51,654 nt of DNA from Ignavibacteriota bacterium (GTDB taxonomy: Bacteria; Bacteroidota; Ignavibacteria; UBA10030; SZUA-254). Position 1 is the first letter of the stretch. Every line of letters starts with the position of its first letter. The notes below the pieces were generated by a model that was not told the DNA's origin, ran no database searches, and saw nothing but the letters and a program-made list of their open reading frames with translations. A program made the translations under genes and the position numbers. The stretch lies in assembly GCA_016209795.1 (NCBI GenBank), contig JACQVI010000221.1, forward strand, positions 1-51,654, written 5' to 3'. This document shows positions 38,172 through 46,750 of this stretch, piece after piece.

Positions 38172-38938
38172 GCGAATTAACGAAGCCTTCAAAGTTAGCC
38201 GTTGTCATTCTTGCCGCTGGCAAAGGAACGCGGATGAACAATCCCGAGATCGCGAAAGTGATGTACGAAATCAATGGAAGACCAATGGTGGACTATGTTG
38301 TTGACGTAGCAGCAAAACTACAGCCAACTCGAATAATCGCCGTGGTCGGTTGGCAAAAACAATCAGTCATCGATTATCTTTCAGCGAAGTACCCTTCGAT
38401 GGAATTCATTGACCAGTGTGAACAGTTGGGAACGGGTCATGCAGTTATTCAGACGTCTGAACCATTGAAGGATTTCGATGGTGATTTACTCGTGCTCTCT
38501 GGGGATGTGCCTCTTCTGACGGAGCAAACGGTGAAAGCACTCATCGGCTATCATCGAACAAACGACTCCGTAGCCACAATCCTGACTGCTGAACTTGATA
38601 ATCCGGTTGGCTATGGCAGGATCGTACGGAACCAGGAAAACAACGTTGAAAAAATTGTCGAGCATAAAGATGCCACCAAAAAGCAGCTTGCAATACGGGA
38701 AATAAACTCTGGGATTTATGTGTTTGTCAAACAAAAACTCATGGAGTGTCTTCCACATCTCAGCGTTAATAACGCCCAGGGCGAATATTACTTAACGGAT
38801 GTGTTCGAACTGTTCTGGAAGCATCGCTGGAAAGTCTCGGCGGTGAAAGCCATTGACGCCATTGAAGTTATCGGAATTAACGATATTCAACAGCTTGAGG
38901 AAGCCAGAACCATCATGGCAACTCGAACTGCTCATTAG
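38168..38938 (+). CDS. Sugar-phosphate nucleotidyltransferase resembling the GlmU N-terminal (uridylyltransferase) domain only
   Basis: AVVILAAGKGTRM, QLGTGHAV, VLSGDVPLL, GYGRIVRN and EINSGIYVF. At 256 aa there is no left-handed beta-helix acetyltransferase half. Confidence 0.7.
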   Translation: MSELTKPSKLAVVILAAGKGTRMNNPEIAKVMYEINGRPMVDYVVDVAAKLQPTRIIAVVGWQKQSVIDYLSAKYPSMEFIDQCEQLGTGHAVIQTSEPLKDFDGDLLVLSGDVPLLTEQTVKALIGYHRTNDSVATILTAELDNPVGYGRIVRNQENNVEKIVEHKDATKKQLAIREINSGIYVFVKQKLMECLPHLSVNNAQGEYYLTDVFELFWKHRWKVSAVKAIDAIEVIGINDIQQLEEARTIMATRTAH

Positions 38939-39018
38939 AGGTTGACTCTCACACTCTTTTTGTGTATAATATAATGAAGAAATTTTCCGACATGTGTTAT
39001 TTGAGAAAAGGTCCAAGT

Positions 39019-39501
39019 ATGAAATATCTCGGTGGTCTACTTCTTGTGTTCATGCTGATGTGTTCCGTAGCGAGTGCGCAGTTTAAGTCACAGACTGAAC
39101 AGCCCAGTGTCTCTCGATCACTCATTCATCCGCGTACAAGCATCAGCAGTTTTCTCGGATTACTGAATCCAGACAATTTTATGATGCGGCACAGTGTTTC
39201 ATTCAGTTATGCTACCTCCGGGGGAAAAGGGATTTCGCTCGCATCCTACACAAATAGTATGTTGTATCGAATTTCCGACCCGCTCAACGTTCGCTTCGAT
39301 GTAACTCTGCAAGGATCACCGTTTGGGAATTATGGCTCAGGGGTGCAGAGCGAATTAAGTCGTTTGTACCTTAGTCGTGCAGAGCTGAACTATCAACCCT
39401 CACAAAACTTTTTCATCCAGTTGCAGTATCATCAGTTACCTTTCTATTATCTCGGCAGCTATAATCCGTTTCTTACACCATCCGTTAGAGGAGATGAATA
39501 A
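39019..39501 (+). CDS. Hypothetical secreted/outer-membrane protein
   Basis: The ATG at 39019 gives MKYLGGLLLVFMLMCSVASAQ (signal peptide). The rest is beta-rich. No family recognised. Confidence 0.5.
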   Translation: MKYLGGLLLVFMLMCSVASAQFKSQTEQPSVSRSLIHPRTSISSFLGLLNPDNFMMRHSVSFSYATSGGKGISLASYTNSMLYRISDPLNVRFDVTLQGSPFGNYGSGVQSELSRLYLSRAELNYQPSQNFFIQLQYHQLPFYYLGSYNPFLTPSVRGDE

Positions 39502-39611
39502 GCGCTGTTGAACACGGTGCTTGGTACACATTTCGTAGAAACGTATACAATGGTAACGTTCTTTCACCGAGAGCATTCCAGTGCTTACTTTTTACTTTCA
39601 TATACCGGTAC

Positions 39612-40094
39612 ATGAATTTCGATCAAGCACCGAAAGCTACATCAGTAAAATTCTCCTCGAGTAAACCCACATCTCTCAAACTCTTTTTAAACGGCTCAAT
39701 TCTGGCGTTGTTATTAATCGTTTGCTATTTCTCTTATGTTTTCATTACTCGAGCTTCAACAACGGGATCCAAGGAACGAGAAAACCCTAAGATGCCACCA
39801 GTTATCCAGCTTGACGTCATGAATGGTTGTGGCGTGAATGGTGTTGGGATGAAATTCGCAACATATCTGCGTGAACAAGGATTTGATGTCGTGGAAGTGA
39901 AAAACTATAAGACATTTAATGTACCACAATCAGTTGTCATTGATCGTGTTGGGAATGTAGAAGCAGCGCGCGGGATAGCACGTATTCTTGGAATTCCTGA
40001 GAAGCATGTCATACAACAGATTAATCTTGACTATTTTGTTGATGTGTCAGTTATTGTCGGATTAGATTATCTTACCCTGCAAGCAGTACGCTGA
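39612..40094 (+). CDS. LytR C-terminal-domain (LytR_C) membrane-anchored protein
   Basis: TM LFLNGSILALLLIVCYFSYVFI, then VMNGCGVNGVGMKFATYLREQGFDVVEVKNY...VIDRVGN, typical of LytR_C. Confidence 0.6.
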   Translation: MNFDQAPKATSVKFSSSKPTSLKLFLNGSILALLLIVCYFSYVFITRASTTGSKERENPKMPPVIQLDVMNGCGVNGVGMKFATYLREQGFDVVEVKNYKTFNVPQSVVIDRVGNVEAARGIARILGIPEKHVIQQINLDYFVDVSVIVGLDYLTLQAVR

Positions 40095-40112
40095 AGTAAC
40101 AAGGATTACGTA

Positions 40113-40508
40113 TTGACATCGAGAACGCTCGCGAAAAAAATCGCACAGTTCGCTCTTTTCAAAAAAGCGTATGATGTTACCATTATGGATCTACGCAAAT
40201 TGACCGACATGACCGATTTCTTCGTCATTTGTTCGGCTGATTCTGATGTGCAGGTAAAAGCGATAGCCGATGCAGTGATGGAAGGTACTGAAAAACTCGG
40301 TGCAGATGTATGGCATCGAGAAGGATTATCTCAGCGGCAATGGGTTCTGCTTGATTATGTTGATGTTGTTGTCCATATTTTCAACAAGGAGCTTCGAAGG
40401 TTTTACAGTCTCGAAAAATTATGGGGAGACGCGAAAGTGGAGTGTGTTGAAGATAAGGAGGTGAAAAAGAAGACTACGCGTAAGGCGAAAGCAGTAATAA
40501 TAACATGA
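40113..40508 (+). CDS. rsfS: Ribosome silencing factor RsfS (iojap-like)
   Basis: KKAYDVTIMDLRKLTDMTDFFVICSADSDVQVKAIADAV...WVLLDYVDVVVHIF. TTG start. Confidence 0.85.
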   Translation: MTSRTLAKKIAQFALFKKAYDVTIMDLRKLTDMTDFFVICSADSDVQVKAIADAVMEGTEKLGADVWHREGLSQRQWVLLDYVDVVVHIFNKELRRFYSLEKLWGDAKVECVEDKEVKKKTTRKAKAVIIT

Positions 40509-42175
40509 AGCAGTACCTTCAAGACTGCGTGAAAGCAAGCCTCACATCACTTGGACTTACCCAAATACCAGTGCTTACATTTGAAAAGCCACGCATTACC
40601 GGTCACGGTGATTTAACAACGAACATCGCAATGGTGATGGCAAAATCCTTGAGGATGCCAGCGCGCCAAGTTGCCCAGAACATCGTTGATCATCTTGAAA
40701 TCGATTCTACGCTCGTGGATCGTATTGAAATCGCCGGTTCTGGATTCATCAATTTTCATTTCACTGATGAATTCTATCGTAAACAACTCACCGAAATATT
40801 ACAGCAGGGAAGAGATTTCGGTCGACTGAACCTTGGCAACAGAAAAAAAACGCAAGTGGAATTTGTCAGTGCAAATCCTACAGGACCGCTGACCGTTGGT
40901 CATGGAAGAGGTGCGGTGTACGGTGATACGATTGCACGGTTGCTGGAGTGGACGAATTACGATGTCACACGTGAATATTATTTTAACAACGCTGGACGAC
41001 AAATGCGCATCCTTGGTGATTCTGTTCGACTGCGCTACCTTGAGTTGCTTGGAGAGAAAATAGATTTTCCCCAAGAACACTATCAAGGTGAGTACATTAA
41101 AGATATTGCTCTACACTTGAAAGAACGCTATGGTCACACATTACGAGATAATCCACCAGAAGGAATTTTTAAGGAATATGCCGAGCAAGAGATTTTTGAC
41201 GATATCAAGAAGACGCTGCTCAGACTCAACATCAAGCATGATGTGTACTACAACGAGAATTCGCTCTACGAATCAGGTAAAGTGAATGAGGTCATCAGCG
41301 AACTCCGTAAGAAGGGGCTTGCGTACGATCAGGACGGTGCTGTGTGGTTTAAAGCGAGTTCTTTAGGTATTGAGAAAGATAAAGTGATTATGAAAAGTAC
41401 CGGGGAACCAACATACCGTTTGCCTGACATCGCATATCACAGAGAGAAGTTTCGAAGAGGATTTGAACTTATGATTGATGTTCTGGGAGCCGACCATGTA
41501 GCAACCTATCCTGATGTCTTAGCCGGTCTGAACGCTCTTGGCTACGATCCATCATGTGTCAAGGTGTTGATACACCAGTTTGTCACGATCGTGCAGGATG
41601 GAGAAGTTGTCAAGATGTCGACACGGAAGGCAAATTTTATCACGCTTGACGAGCTGATCGATGAAGTAGACGCTGACGTCGTTCGGTATTTTTTTCTCAT
41701 GCGCAGTATTGGAAGCCATCTGAATTTTGATCTCAAGCTTGCAAAAGAGCAATCAGAAGCGAACCCGGTATACTACTTGCAGTATGCACATGCACGTATT
41801 GCAAGCATTATCCGACACGCAGAGAGCTTAGGTATCAACCCACAAGTTGTAGGCGATCTTTCGTTGCCTGTCCGCCGCATCCCGCAAAGCGGGACGGAAG
41901 GCAAGCTTGTCGAGCGTGAGGAATTGGAGCTTATGAAGATGCTTGCCAACTTTCCGGACGTGGTAGAATCTTGTGCAACGACCTATGAACCGCACAGACT
42001 CGCAGAGTATTTGCACGATGTTGCTGGCTGCTTTCACAAATTCTACCATGTTCACCGTGTTGTGACTGACGATCAACAGCTTACTGCGGCACGTATAGCG
42101 TTATGCCTTGGAACAAAGACAGTGCTTGCGAACGGGTTTTCGATTTTAGGAATCTCGGCACCAATGAAGATGTAA
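40505..42175 (+). CDS. argS: Arginine--tRNA ligase
   Basis: VEFVSANPTGPLTVGHGRGA (HIGH region), MSTRKANFITL (KMSKS-like), and C-terminal anticodon-binding YYLQYAHARI. ATGA overlap with rsfS. Confidence 0.9.
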   Translation: MKQYLQDCVKASLTSLGLTQIPVLTFEKPRITGHGDLTTNIAMVMAKSLRMPARQVAQNIVDHLEIDSTLVDRIEIAGSGFINFHFTDEFYRKQLTEILQQGRDFGRLNLGNRKKTQVEFVSANPTGPLTVGHGRGAVYGDTIARLLEWTNYDVTREYYFNNAGRQMRILGDSVRLRYLELLGEKIDFPQEHYQGEYIKDIALHLKERYGHTLRDNPPEGIFKEYAEQEIFDDIKKTLLRLNIKHDVYYNENSLYESGKVNEVISELRKKGLAYDQDGAVWFKASSLGIEKDKVIMKSTGEPTYRLPDIAYHREKFRRGFELMIDVLGADHVATYPDVLAGLNALGYDPSCVKVLIHQFVTIVQDGEVVKMSTRKANFITLDELIDEVDADVVRYFFLMRSIGSHLNFDLKLAKEQSEANPVYYLQYAHARIASIIRHAESLGINPQVVGDLSLPVRRIPQSGTEGKLVEREELELMKMLANFPDVVESCATTYEPHRLAEYLHDVAGCFHKFYHVHRVVTDDQQLTAARIALCLGTKTVLANGFSILGISAPMKM

Positions 42176-42270
42176 CAAGTAAACTGGTTAGCTATGGGAG
42201 ATGGGGGAATATTTGGTTTTTGACCAAAATTTTTTAAATTTATAGACGCGTTTTCTATTTCTGCAAGAAA

Positions 42271-42310
42271 AAATCCTGCATTGTAGATTTAAGAATTCAA
42301 TGCAGGATTT
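42271..42310 (+). terminator. Perfect 13-bp inverted repeat hairpin downstream of argS (terminator or operator-like palindrome)
   Basis: AAATCCTGCATTG (42271-42283) / CAATGCAGGATTT (42298-42310) with a 14-nt loop. Only a short T stretch follows, so this is not a textbook intrinsic terminator. Confidence 0.4.
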
Positions 42311-42438
42311 CTGCTATTACCTTATTCCATTGATTCGCGTGAGTGTGAACCAAAGTGCCAAAATCAAGGTTATATCTATAGTCTTAACATACTTGTAATA
42401 ATTGGAAGAAAGAAACTTCAACAACTCATAGAATAATA

Positions 42439-43425
42439 ATGACAGACATTAAGCTTCTCAATGAACGCATCCAGCGCGAAAGCGCATTTGTTGATTTACT
42501 CCTGATGGAGGTGGGCAAAGTGATCGTTGGGCAGAAGTCCATGGTAGAGCATTTGCTTATTGGACTTCTCACAAATGGTCACCTGCTGTTAGAAGGAGTC
42601 CCTGGACTTGCGAAGACGCTTTCTATCAAGACTTTGGCAGCGGCGATACAAGCGAAATTCCAGCGCATCCAATTTACGCCCGACCTTCTGCCCGCCGATC
42701 TCATCGGCACAATGATTTACAATCAGCAGCGAGGAGAATTTACTGTACGCAAAGGACCCATCTTTGCAAACTTCATCCTCGCCGATGAGATCAACCGTGC
42801 GCCGGCGAAAGTGCAAAGCGCGCTGCTCGAAGCAATGCAGGAGAGGCAAGTCACTATCGGCGAGCAAACATTCAAGCTTGATGAGCCGTTCCTCGTTCTG
42901 GCAACGCAGAATCCAATAGAACAGGAAGGAACGTACCCACTGCCTGAAGCTCAAGTAGATCGCTTCATGCTAAAAATCAAAATAGACTATCCCAATCGCG
43001 ACGAGGAACGGTTGATCATGCGGCAGAATATCACAGACTCGCTGCCTCAAGTCAAGGCTGTCGTAAGCCCCATGAATATCCTGACTGCTCGCTCTCTCGT
43101 TCAAGAGGTTTACATGGATGAAAAAATCGAGCGTTACATTCTGGACATCGTGTTTGCAACACGCAAACCCAAGGACTATAAACTTGAAAAGCTCACTTCG
43201 CTCATCAATTATGGAGCCTCTCCGCGGGCAAGTATCAACTTAGCACTTGCTGCAAAAGCATATGCGTTCATTAAGCGGAGAGGCTACGTTGTGCCGGAAG
43301 ATGTACGAGCAGTGTGTCATGATGTGTTAAGACATCGTATCGCGGTGACCTATGAGGCGGAAGCGGAAAATGTAACATCGGAGAATATTGTGGATGAGAT
43401 ACTGAATACTGTGGAGGTGCCGTGA
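42439..43425 (+). CDS. moxR: MoxR-family AAA+ ATPase
   Basis: GHLLLEGVPGLAKT (Walker A), ILADEINRAPAKVQSALLEAMQERQVTI (Walker B/sensor), ATQNPIEQEGTYPLPEAQVDRF and GASPRA. Confidence 0.9.
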   Translation: MTDIKLLNERIQRESAFVDLLLMEVGKVIVGQKSMVEHLLIGLLTNGHLLLEGVPGLAKTLSIKTLAAAIQAKFQRIQFTPDLLPADLIGTMIYNQQRGEFTVRKGPIFANFILADEINRAPAKVQSALLEAMQERQVTIGEQTFKLDEPFLVLATQNPIEQEGTYPLPEAQVDRFMLKIKIDYPNRDEERLIMRQNITDSLPQVKAVVSPMNILTARSLVQEVYMDEKIERYILDIVFATRKPKDYKLEKLTSLINYGASPRASINLALAAKAYAFIKRRGYVVPEDVRAVCHDVLRHRIAVTYEAEAENVTSENIVDEILNTVEVP

Positions 43426-43426
43426 G

Positions 43427-43461
43427 GGTTCTTGGTTCTTCGTTCTTAGTTGCTCGCTCTT
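43427..43461 (+). repeat. Degenerate tandem heptamer array (GGTTCTT-like, 5 units)
   Basis: GGTTCTT GGTTCTT CGTTCTT AGTTGCT CGCTCTT, starting 2 nt after the moxR stop. Confidence 0.7.
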
Positions 43462-43488
43462 TCTTAAGTTACTTACACAGTGGAAAAA

Positions 43489-43863
43489 ATGTTTAAGAAA
43501 ATTGAAGAATTAGATGTGTATCGACTTTCAGAAGGGCTGGCAGATAAAGTCTGGGATATTTGTGTTGATTGGGATGCATTTGCTAAACATACTGTAGGCA
43601 GGCAATTTGTTAACGCTGCGGATTCTATTGGTGCAAATCTTTCAGAGGGACATGGACGGTATTCTTTAAAAGAAAACATCCAGTTTTGTTACTATGCGCG
43701 TGGATCGCTTGATGAAACAAGAAACTGGATACGTCGCTCTTTCAACCGAAAACTATTGAAGGAGAAACAACCGGATGAACTTTCACAACTCCTTGATGAA
43801 CGTGGACCGAAACTCAATGCATACATCAACGCCTTAAAACGCAAAGCAAGAGACTCAACATAA
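43489..43863 (+). CDS. Four-helix-bundle protein (23S rRNA intervening-sequence protein / Avd-like family)
   Basis: MFKKIEELDVYRLSEGLADKVWDI...GRQFVNAADSIGANLSEGHGRYSLKENIQFCYYARGSLDETRNWI matches the family pattern (L.VY...; Q...A..SI.ANI.EG.GR....E...F...ARGS..E...W). An alternative GTG start is at 43480. Confidence 0.8.
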   Translation: MFKKIEELDVYRLSEGLADKVWDICVDWDAFAKHTVGRQFVNAADSIGANLSEGHGRYSLKENIQFCYYARGSLDETRNWIRRSFNRKLLKEKQPDELSQLLDERGPKLNAYINALKRKARDST

Positions 43864-43870
43864 ATACACA

Positions 43871-43898
43871 AAGAGCCAAGAATTAACACCAAAGAAAT
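43871..43898 (+). repeat. Degenerate heptamer array in inverse orientation to 43427-43461 (AAGARNN-like, 4 units)
   Basis: AAGAGCC AAGAATT AACACCA AAGAAAT. Their reverse complements (GGCTCTT, AATTCTT, TGGTGTT, ATTTCTT) resemble the upstream units. The last unit overlaps the ATG of the DUF58 gene. Confidence 0.5.
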
Positions 43899-44778
43899 GA
43901 CATTGGAGACTGCTGAGTTACTAAAAAAAGTCCGTAAAATCGAGATCCGAACCAAGGGTCTTGTCAATCAAATCTTCTCGGGTGAATATCACAGTGTCTT
44001 CAAAGGACGAGGGATGGCATTTAGCGAGGTGCGCGAGTACCAGTTTGGTGATGATATCCGCACAATCGATTGGAATGTCTCTGCACGATTCAACCATCCC
44101 TATGTGAAAGTTTATGACGAAGAGCGTGAACTCACGGTCATGCTCGTGGTCGATGTGAGCGGCTCGGGCGAATTCGGAACTGTTCATCAGATGAAGCGCG
44201 AAATCGCTGTAGAACTTTGTGCGGTGTTAGCGTTCTCTGCACTGCAGAATAACGATAAGGTTGGCGTTATTTTCTTTTCTGATATAATAGAAAAATTCAT
44301 CCCACCGAAGAAGGGTCGAACACACATCCTCCGCATCGTGCGAGAACTGCTCGACTTCCGCCCTGTCCATAAGCAGACAAACATTTCTGAAGGCTTGCGC
44401 TACCTGACCAGTGCAATTAAAAAACGTAGCATAGCATTTCTTATCTCCGATTTTCTCGATGAAGGATATGATGATGCACTCAAGATTGCAGCGAAAAAGC
44501 ATGACTTAATTGGTGTTCGCTTGTACGATCCACGCGAAGGAGAATTAATACCTGTTGGGCTGCTGCGTGTGATCGACGCTGAAACTGGTGAACCGATGTG
44601 GATCGATACCAGTGATCGTACAGTGCGAGACGGGTATGCTCGGTGGTGGAGTCAGCGAGAAGAGTCTCGCAAACGATTGTTCCGTCACAGTGGTGTTGAT
44701 GCGATTGATATCCGTGTTGATCAATCCTACATTAATCCTCTTGTAAAGTTTTTTCAGGCTCGAGAGAGAAGATGGTAA
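43897..44778 (+). CDS. DUF58-family protein (vWA-like, MoxR partner)
   Basis: FSGEYHSVFKGRGMAFSEVREYQFGDDIRTIDWNVSARFNHPYVKVYDEERELTVMLVVDVSGS is the canonical DUF58 core. Confidence 0.85.
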   Translation: MTLETAELLKKVRKIEIRTKGLVNQIFSGEYHSVFKGRGMAFSEVREYQFGDDIRTIDWNVSARFNHPYVKVYDEERELTVMLVVDVSGSGEFGTVHQMKREIAVELCAVLAFSALQNNDKVGVIFFSDIIEKFIPPKKGRTHILRIVRELLDFRPVHKQTNISEGLRYLTSAIKKRSIAFLISDFLDEGYDDALKIAAKKHDLIGVRLYDPREGELIPVGLLRVIDAETGEPMWIDTSDRTVRDGYARWWSQREESRKRLFRHSGVDAIDIRVDQSYINPLVKFFQARERRW

Positions 44779-44782
44779 AAAC

Positions 44783-45763
44783 ATGAAGCTTCAAATCCAA
44801 AAGAACATATTGCAATATGTTTTCCCTGCTGTTCTTCTTATTCAATCTCTTGGCTATGCTCAGGATGTCAGGGCAACAGCACGAGTCGATTCTAACAACA
44901 TCCTCATTGGCGATTGGCTGAACCTGCAGATCGAGGTCCAACATCCCGAAGATGTCACGGTGAACCCTCCTTCGGTCAAGGATTCACTTATAGGTTTTGA
45001 CATAGTGAAACACGAGACTCCAGCGGTAAAGAAAGTCGGTGATCGAGTATTCGAAACATTCAAGTACACATTGACAGCATTTGATTCAGGGATGTATGTA
45101 ATACCGCCGCTTCCTTTTCAGTATACTACTCAAGGGGACACAACAAAAGGCATTGTGGAAACATCTCCGATACCAGTGTTTGTCCACGGGGTGGCAATCG
45201 ATACCACAAAAGACATCAAAGATATTAAACCGCCGTTGTCTCTATCAATTTCGTTTGCAGAAGTTCTACCGTATTTGATTTTCGTCGTTAGTGTTGGAGC
45301 CCTGATTTGGCTCCTCATGTATATTCGAAAGAAGAGAAAACGAGGTGAACCTCTCATTCCAGAAGCACCGCTGCGACCGGCGCACGAGCTTGCCTTGGAA
45401 GCACTTCGCGCACTTGAAGCTGAGCGGTTATGGCAGCGCGGAAAAGTGAAAGAATATCATACACGGCTAACTGACATCGTGCGGATGTACATCGAACGAC
45501 GCTTCACCGTTACGGCGATGGAGATGACTACTGATGAGATTGCAGACTCCGTTCAAATCAAAGCACTTTCAAATGAAGTGAGTGAAAAACTGGAGGAAGT
45601 ACTCATTCGCGCCGACTTGGTGAAGTTTGCCAAATTCCAGCCACTTCCTGAAGAGAACGAACGGAGCTTTACATTAGCAGTATCATTCGTGGAGTCCACA
45701 TGGAAGCAGGCAACAACTGAACGTGTTTCTCAAGAAGTTGATACTGAGTCGAAAGCATTGTAA
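44783..45763 (+). CDS. Bat-operon membrane protein (BatD-like N-terminal domain + TM + DUF4381-like helical region)
   Basis: Signal-like N-terminus. ARVDSNNILIGDWLNLQIEVQHPEDV and FKYTLTAFDSGMYVIPPLPFQY resemble the BatD N-terminal fold. TM LPYLIFVVSVGALIWLLMYI is followed by RKKRKRG. It sits between DUF58 and batA, as in Bat operons. Confidence 0.55.
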   Translation: MKLQIQKNILQYVFPAVLLIQSLGYAQDVRATARVDSNNILIGDWLNLQIEVQHPEDVTVNPPSVKDSLIGFDIVKHETPAVKKVGDRVFETFKYTLTAFDSGMYVIPPLPFQYTTQGDTTKGIVETSPIPVFVHGVAIDTTKDIKDIKPPLSLSISFAEVLPYLIFVVSVGALIWLLMYIRKKRKRGEPLIPEAPLRPAHELALEALRALEAERLWQRGKVKEYHTRLTDIVRMYIERRFTVTAMEMTTDEIADSVQIKALSNEVSEKLEEVLIRADLVKFAKFQPLPEENERSFTLAVSFVESTWKQATTERVSQEVDTESKAL

Positions 45764-45766
45764 GGT

Positions 45767-46750
45767 ATGACGTTTGCTAATCCGGAATTTTTGTTCTTAT
45801 TGTTTCTTGTCCCAGCCATGATTATCTGGTATTGGCGAAAGCAGCCTAAACAGTTTGTCGAATTGCAAGTCTCAACGACAAAAGTTTTTTATACTGTGCC
45901 GCGAAGCTGGCGGCAGAGACTTCGCCATTTTTTGTTTGTACTACGCTTACTCGCTCTCGTATTGTTAACTATTGCACTTGCCCGACCACAATCAACATCG
46001 CAGGGAGAGAATGTTACCACCGAAGGAATCGATATCGTGCTTACGACAGATATCTCCGGGAGTATGCTTGCAGAGGACTTTAGACCAAACAGGATAGAGG
46101 CTGCTAAGAAAGTAGCCATTGAGTTCATCGATGGTCGGCCTAATGATAGAATTGGATTGGTGGTGTTCGCTGGAGAAAGTTTTACGCAGTGTCCGTTGAC
46201 CATCGATCATGGTGTCGTGAAAAATCTGCTCAAAGAAGTGAAAAGTGGAATGATCGAAGATGGAACTGCCATCGGGATGGGGCTTGCGACAGCGGTGAGC
46301 AGGATAAAGGATAGTCAAGCCAAAAGCCGCGTTATCATTCTCCTCACCGATGGTGTCAATAATCGTGGATCGATCGATCCATTAACTGCTGCGCAAATTG
46401 CTCAAACGCTCGGTATTCGTGTCTATACCATTGGCGTTGGGACTATCGGCATGGCTCCATATCCGGTACAAACACCTTTTGGCACGCAGTATCAAAATGT
46501 TCCAGCAGAAATTGATGAAGCGTTACTCCAAAAAATCGCAGACCAAACAGGAGCAAAGTATTTTCGCGCAACGGACAATCGAACGCTCAAAACAATTTAT
46601 AATGAAATTGACCGCCTCGAAAAGACTAAGATTGAAGTGACGCAATTCCGACGTTACAAAGAAGAGTTTTATCAGGCGGCTATGGTTGCTGGAGCATTTT
46701 TGCTCCTCGAAGTGTTATTATCTCAGACGGTCTTTCGGAAAATTCCATGA
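45767..46750 (+). CDS. batA: vWA-domain membrane protein BatA
   Basis: FANPEFLFLLFLVPAMIIWYW N-terminal TM. MIDAS DIVLTTDISGSM. LLTDGVNN. C-terminal TM. Confidence 0.8.
   Translation: MTFANPEFLFLLFLVPAMIIWYWRKQPKQFVELQVSTTKVFYTVPRSWRQRLRHFLFVLRLLALVLLTIALARPQSTSQGENVTTEGIDIVLTTDISGSMLAEDFRPNRIEAAKKVAIEFIDGRPNDRIGLVVFAGESFTQCPLTIDHGVVKNLLKEVKSGMIEDGTAIGMGLATAVSRIKDSQAKSRVIILLTDGVNNRGSIDPLTAAQIAQTLGIRVYTIGVGTIGMAPYPVQTPFGTQYQNVPAEIDEALLQKIADQTGAKYFRATDNRTLKTIYNEIDRLEKTKIEVTQFRRYKEEFYQAAMVAGAFLLLEVLLSQTVFRKIP

Noticed and set aside
43480-43863. Four-helix-bundle protein as the Avd component of a diversity-generating retroelement
   Set aside because: There is no reverse transcriptase ORF anywhere in the window. 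I could find no template/variable repeat pair near the gene. The IVS-like cassette interpretation fits the flanking inverted heptamers better.
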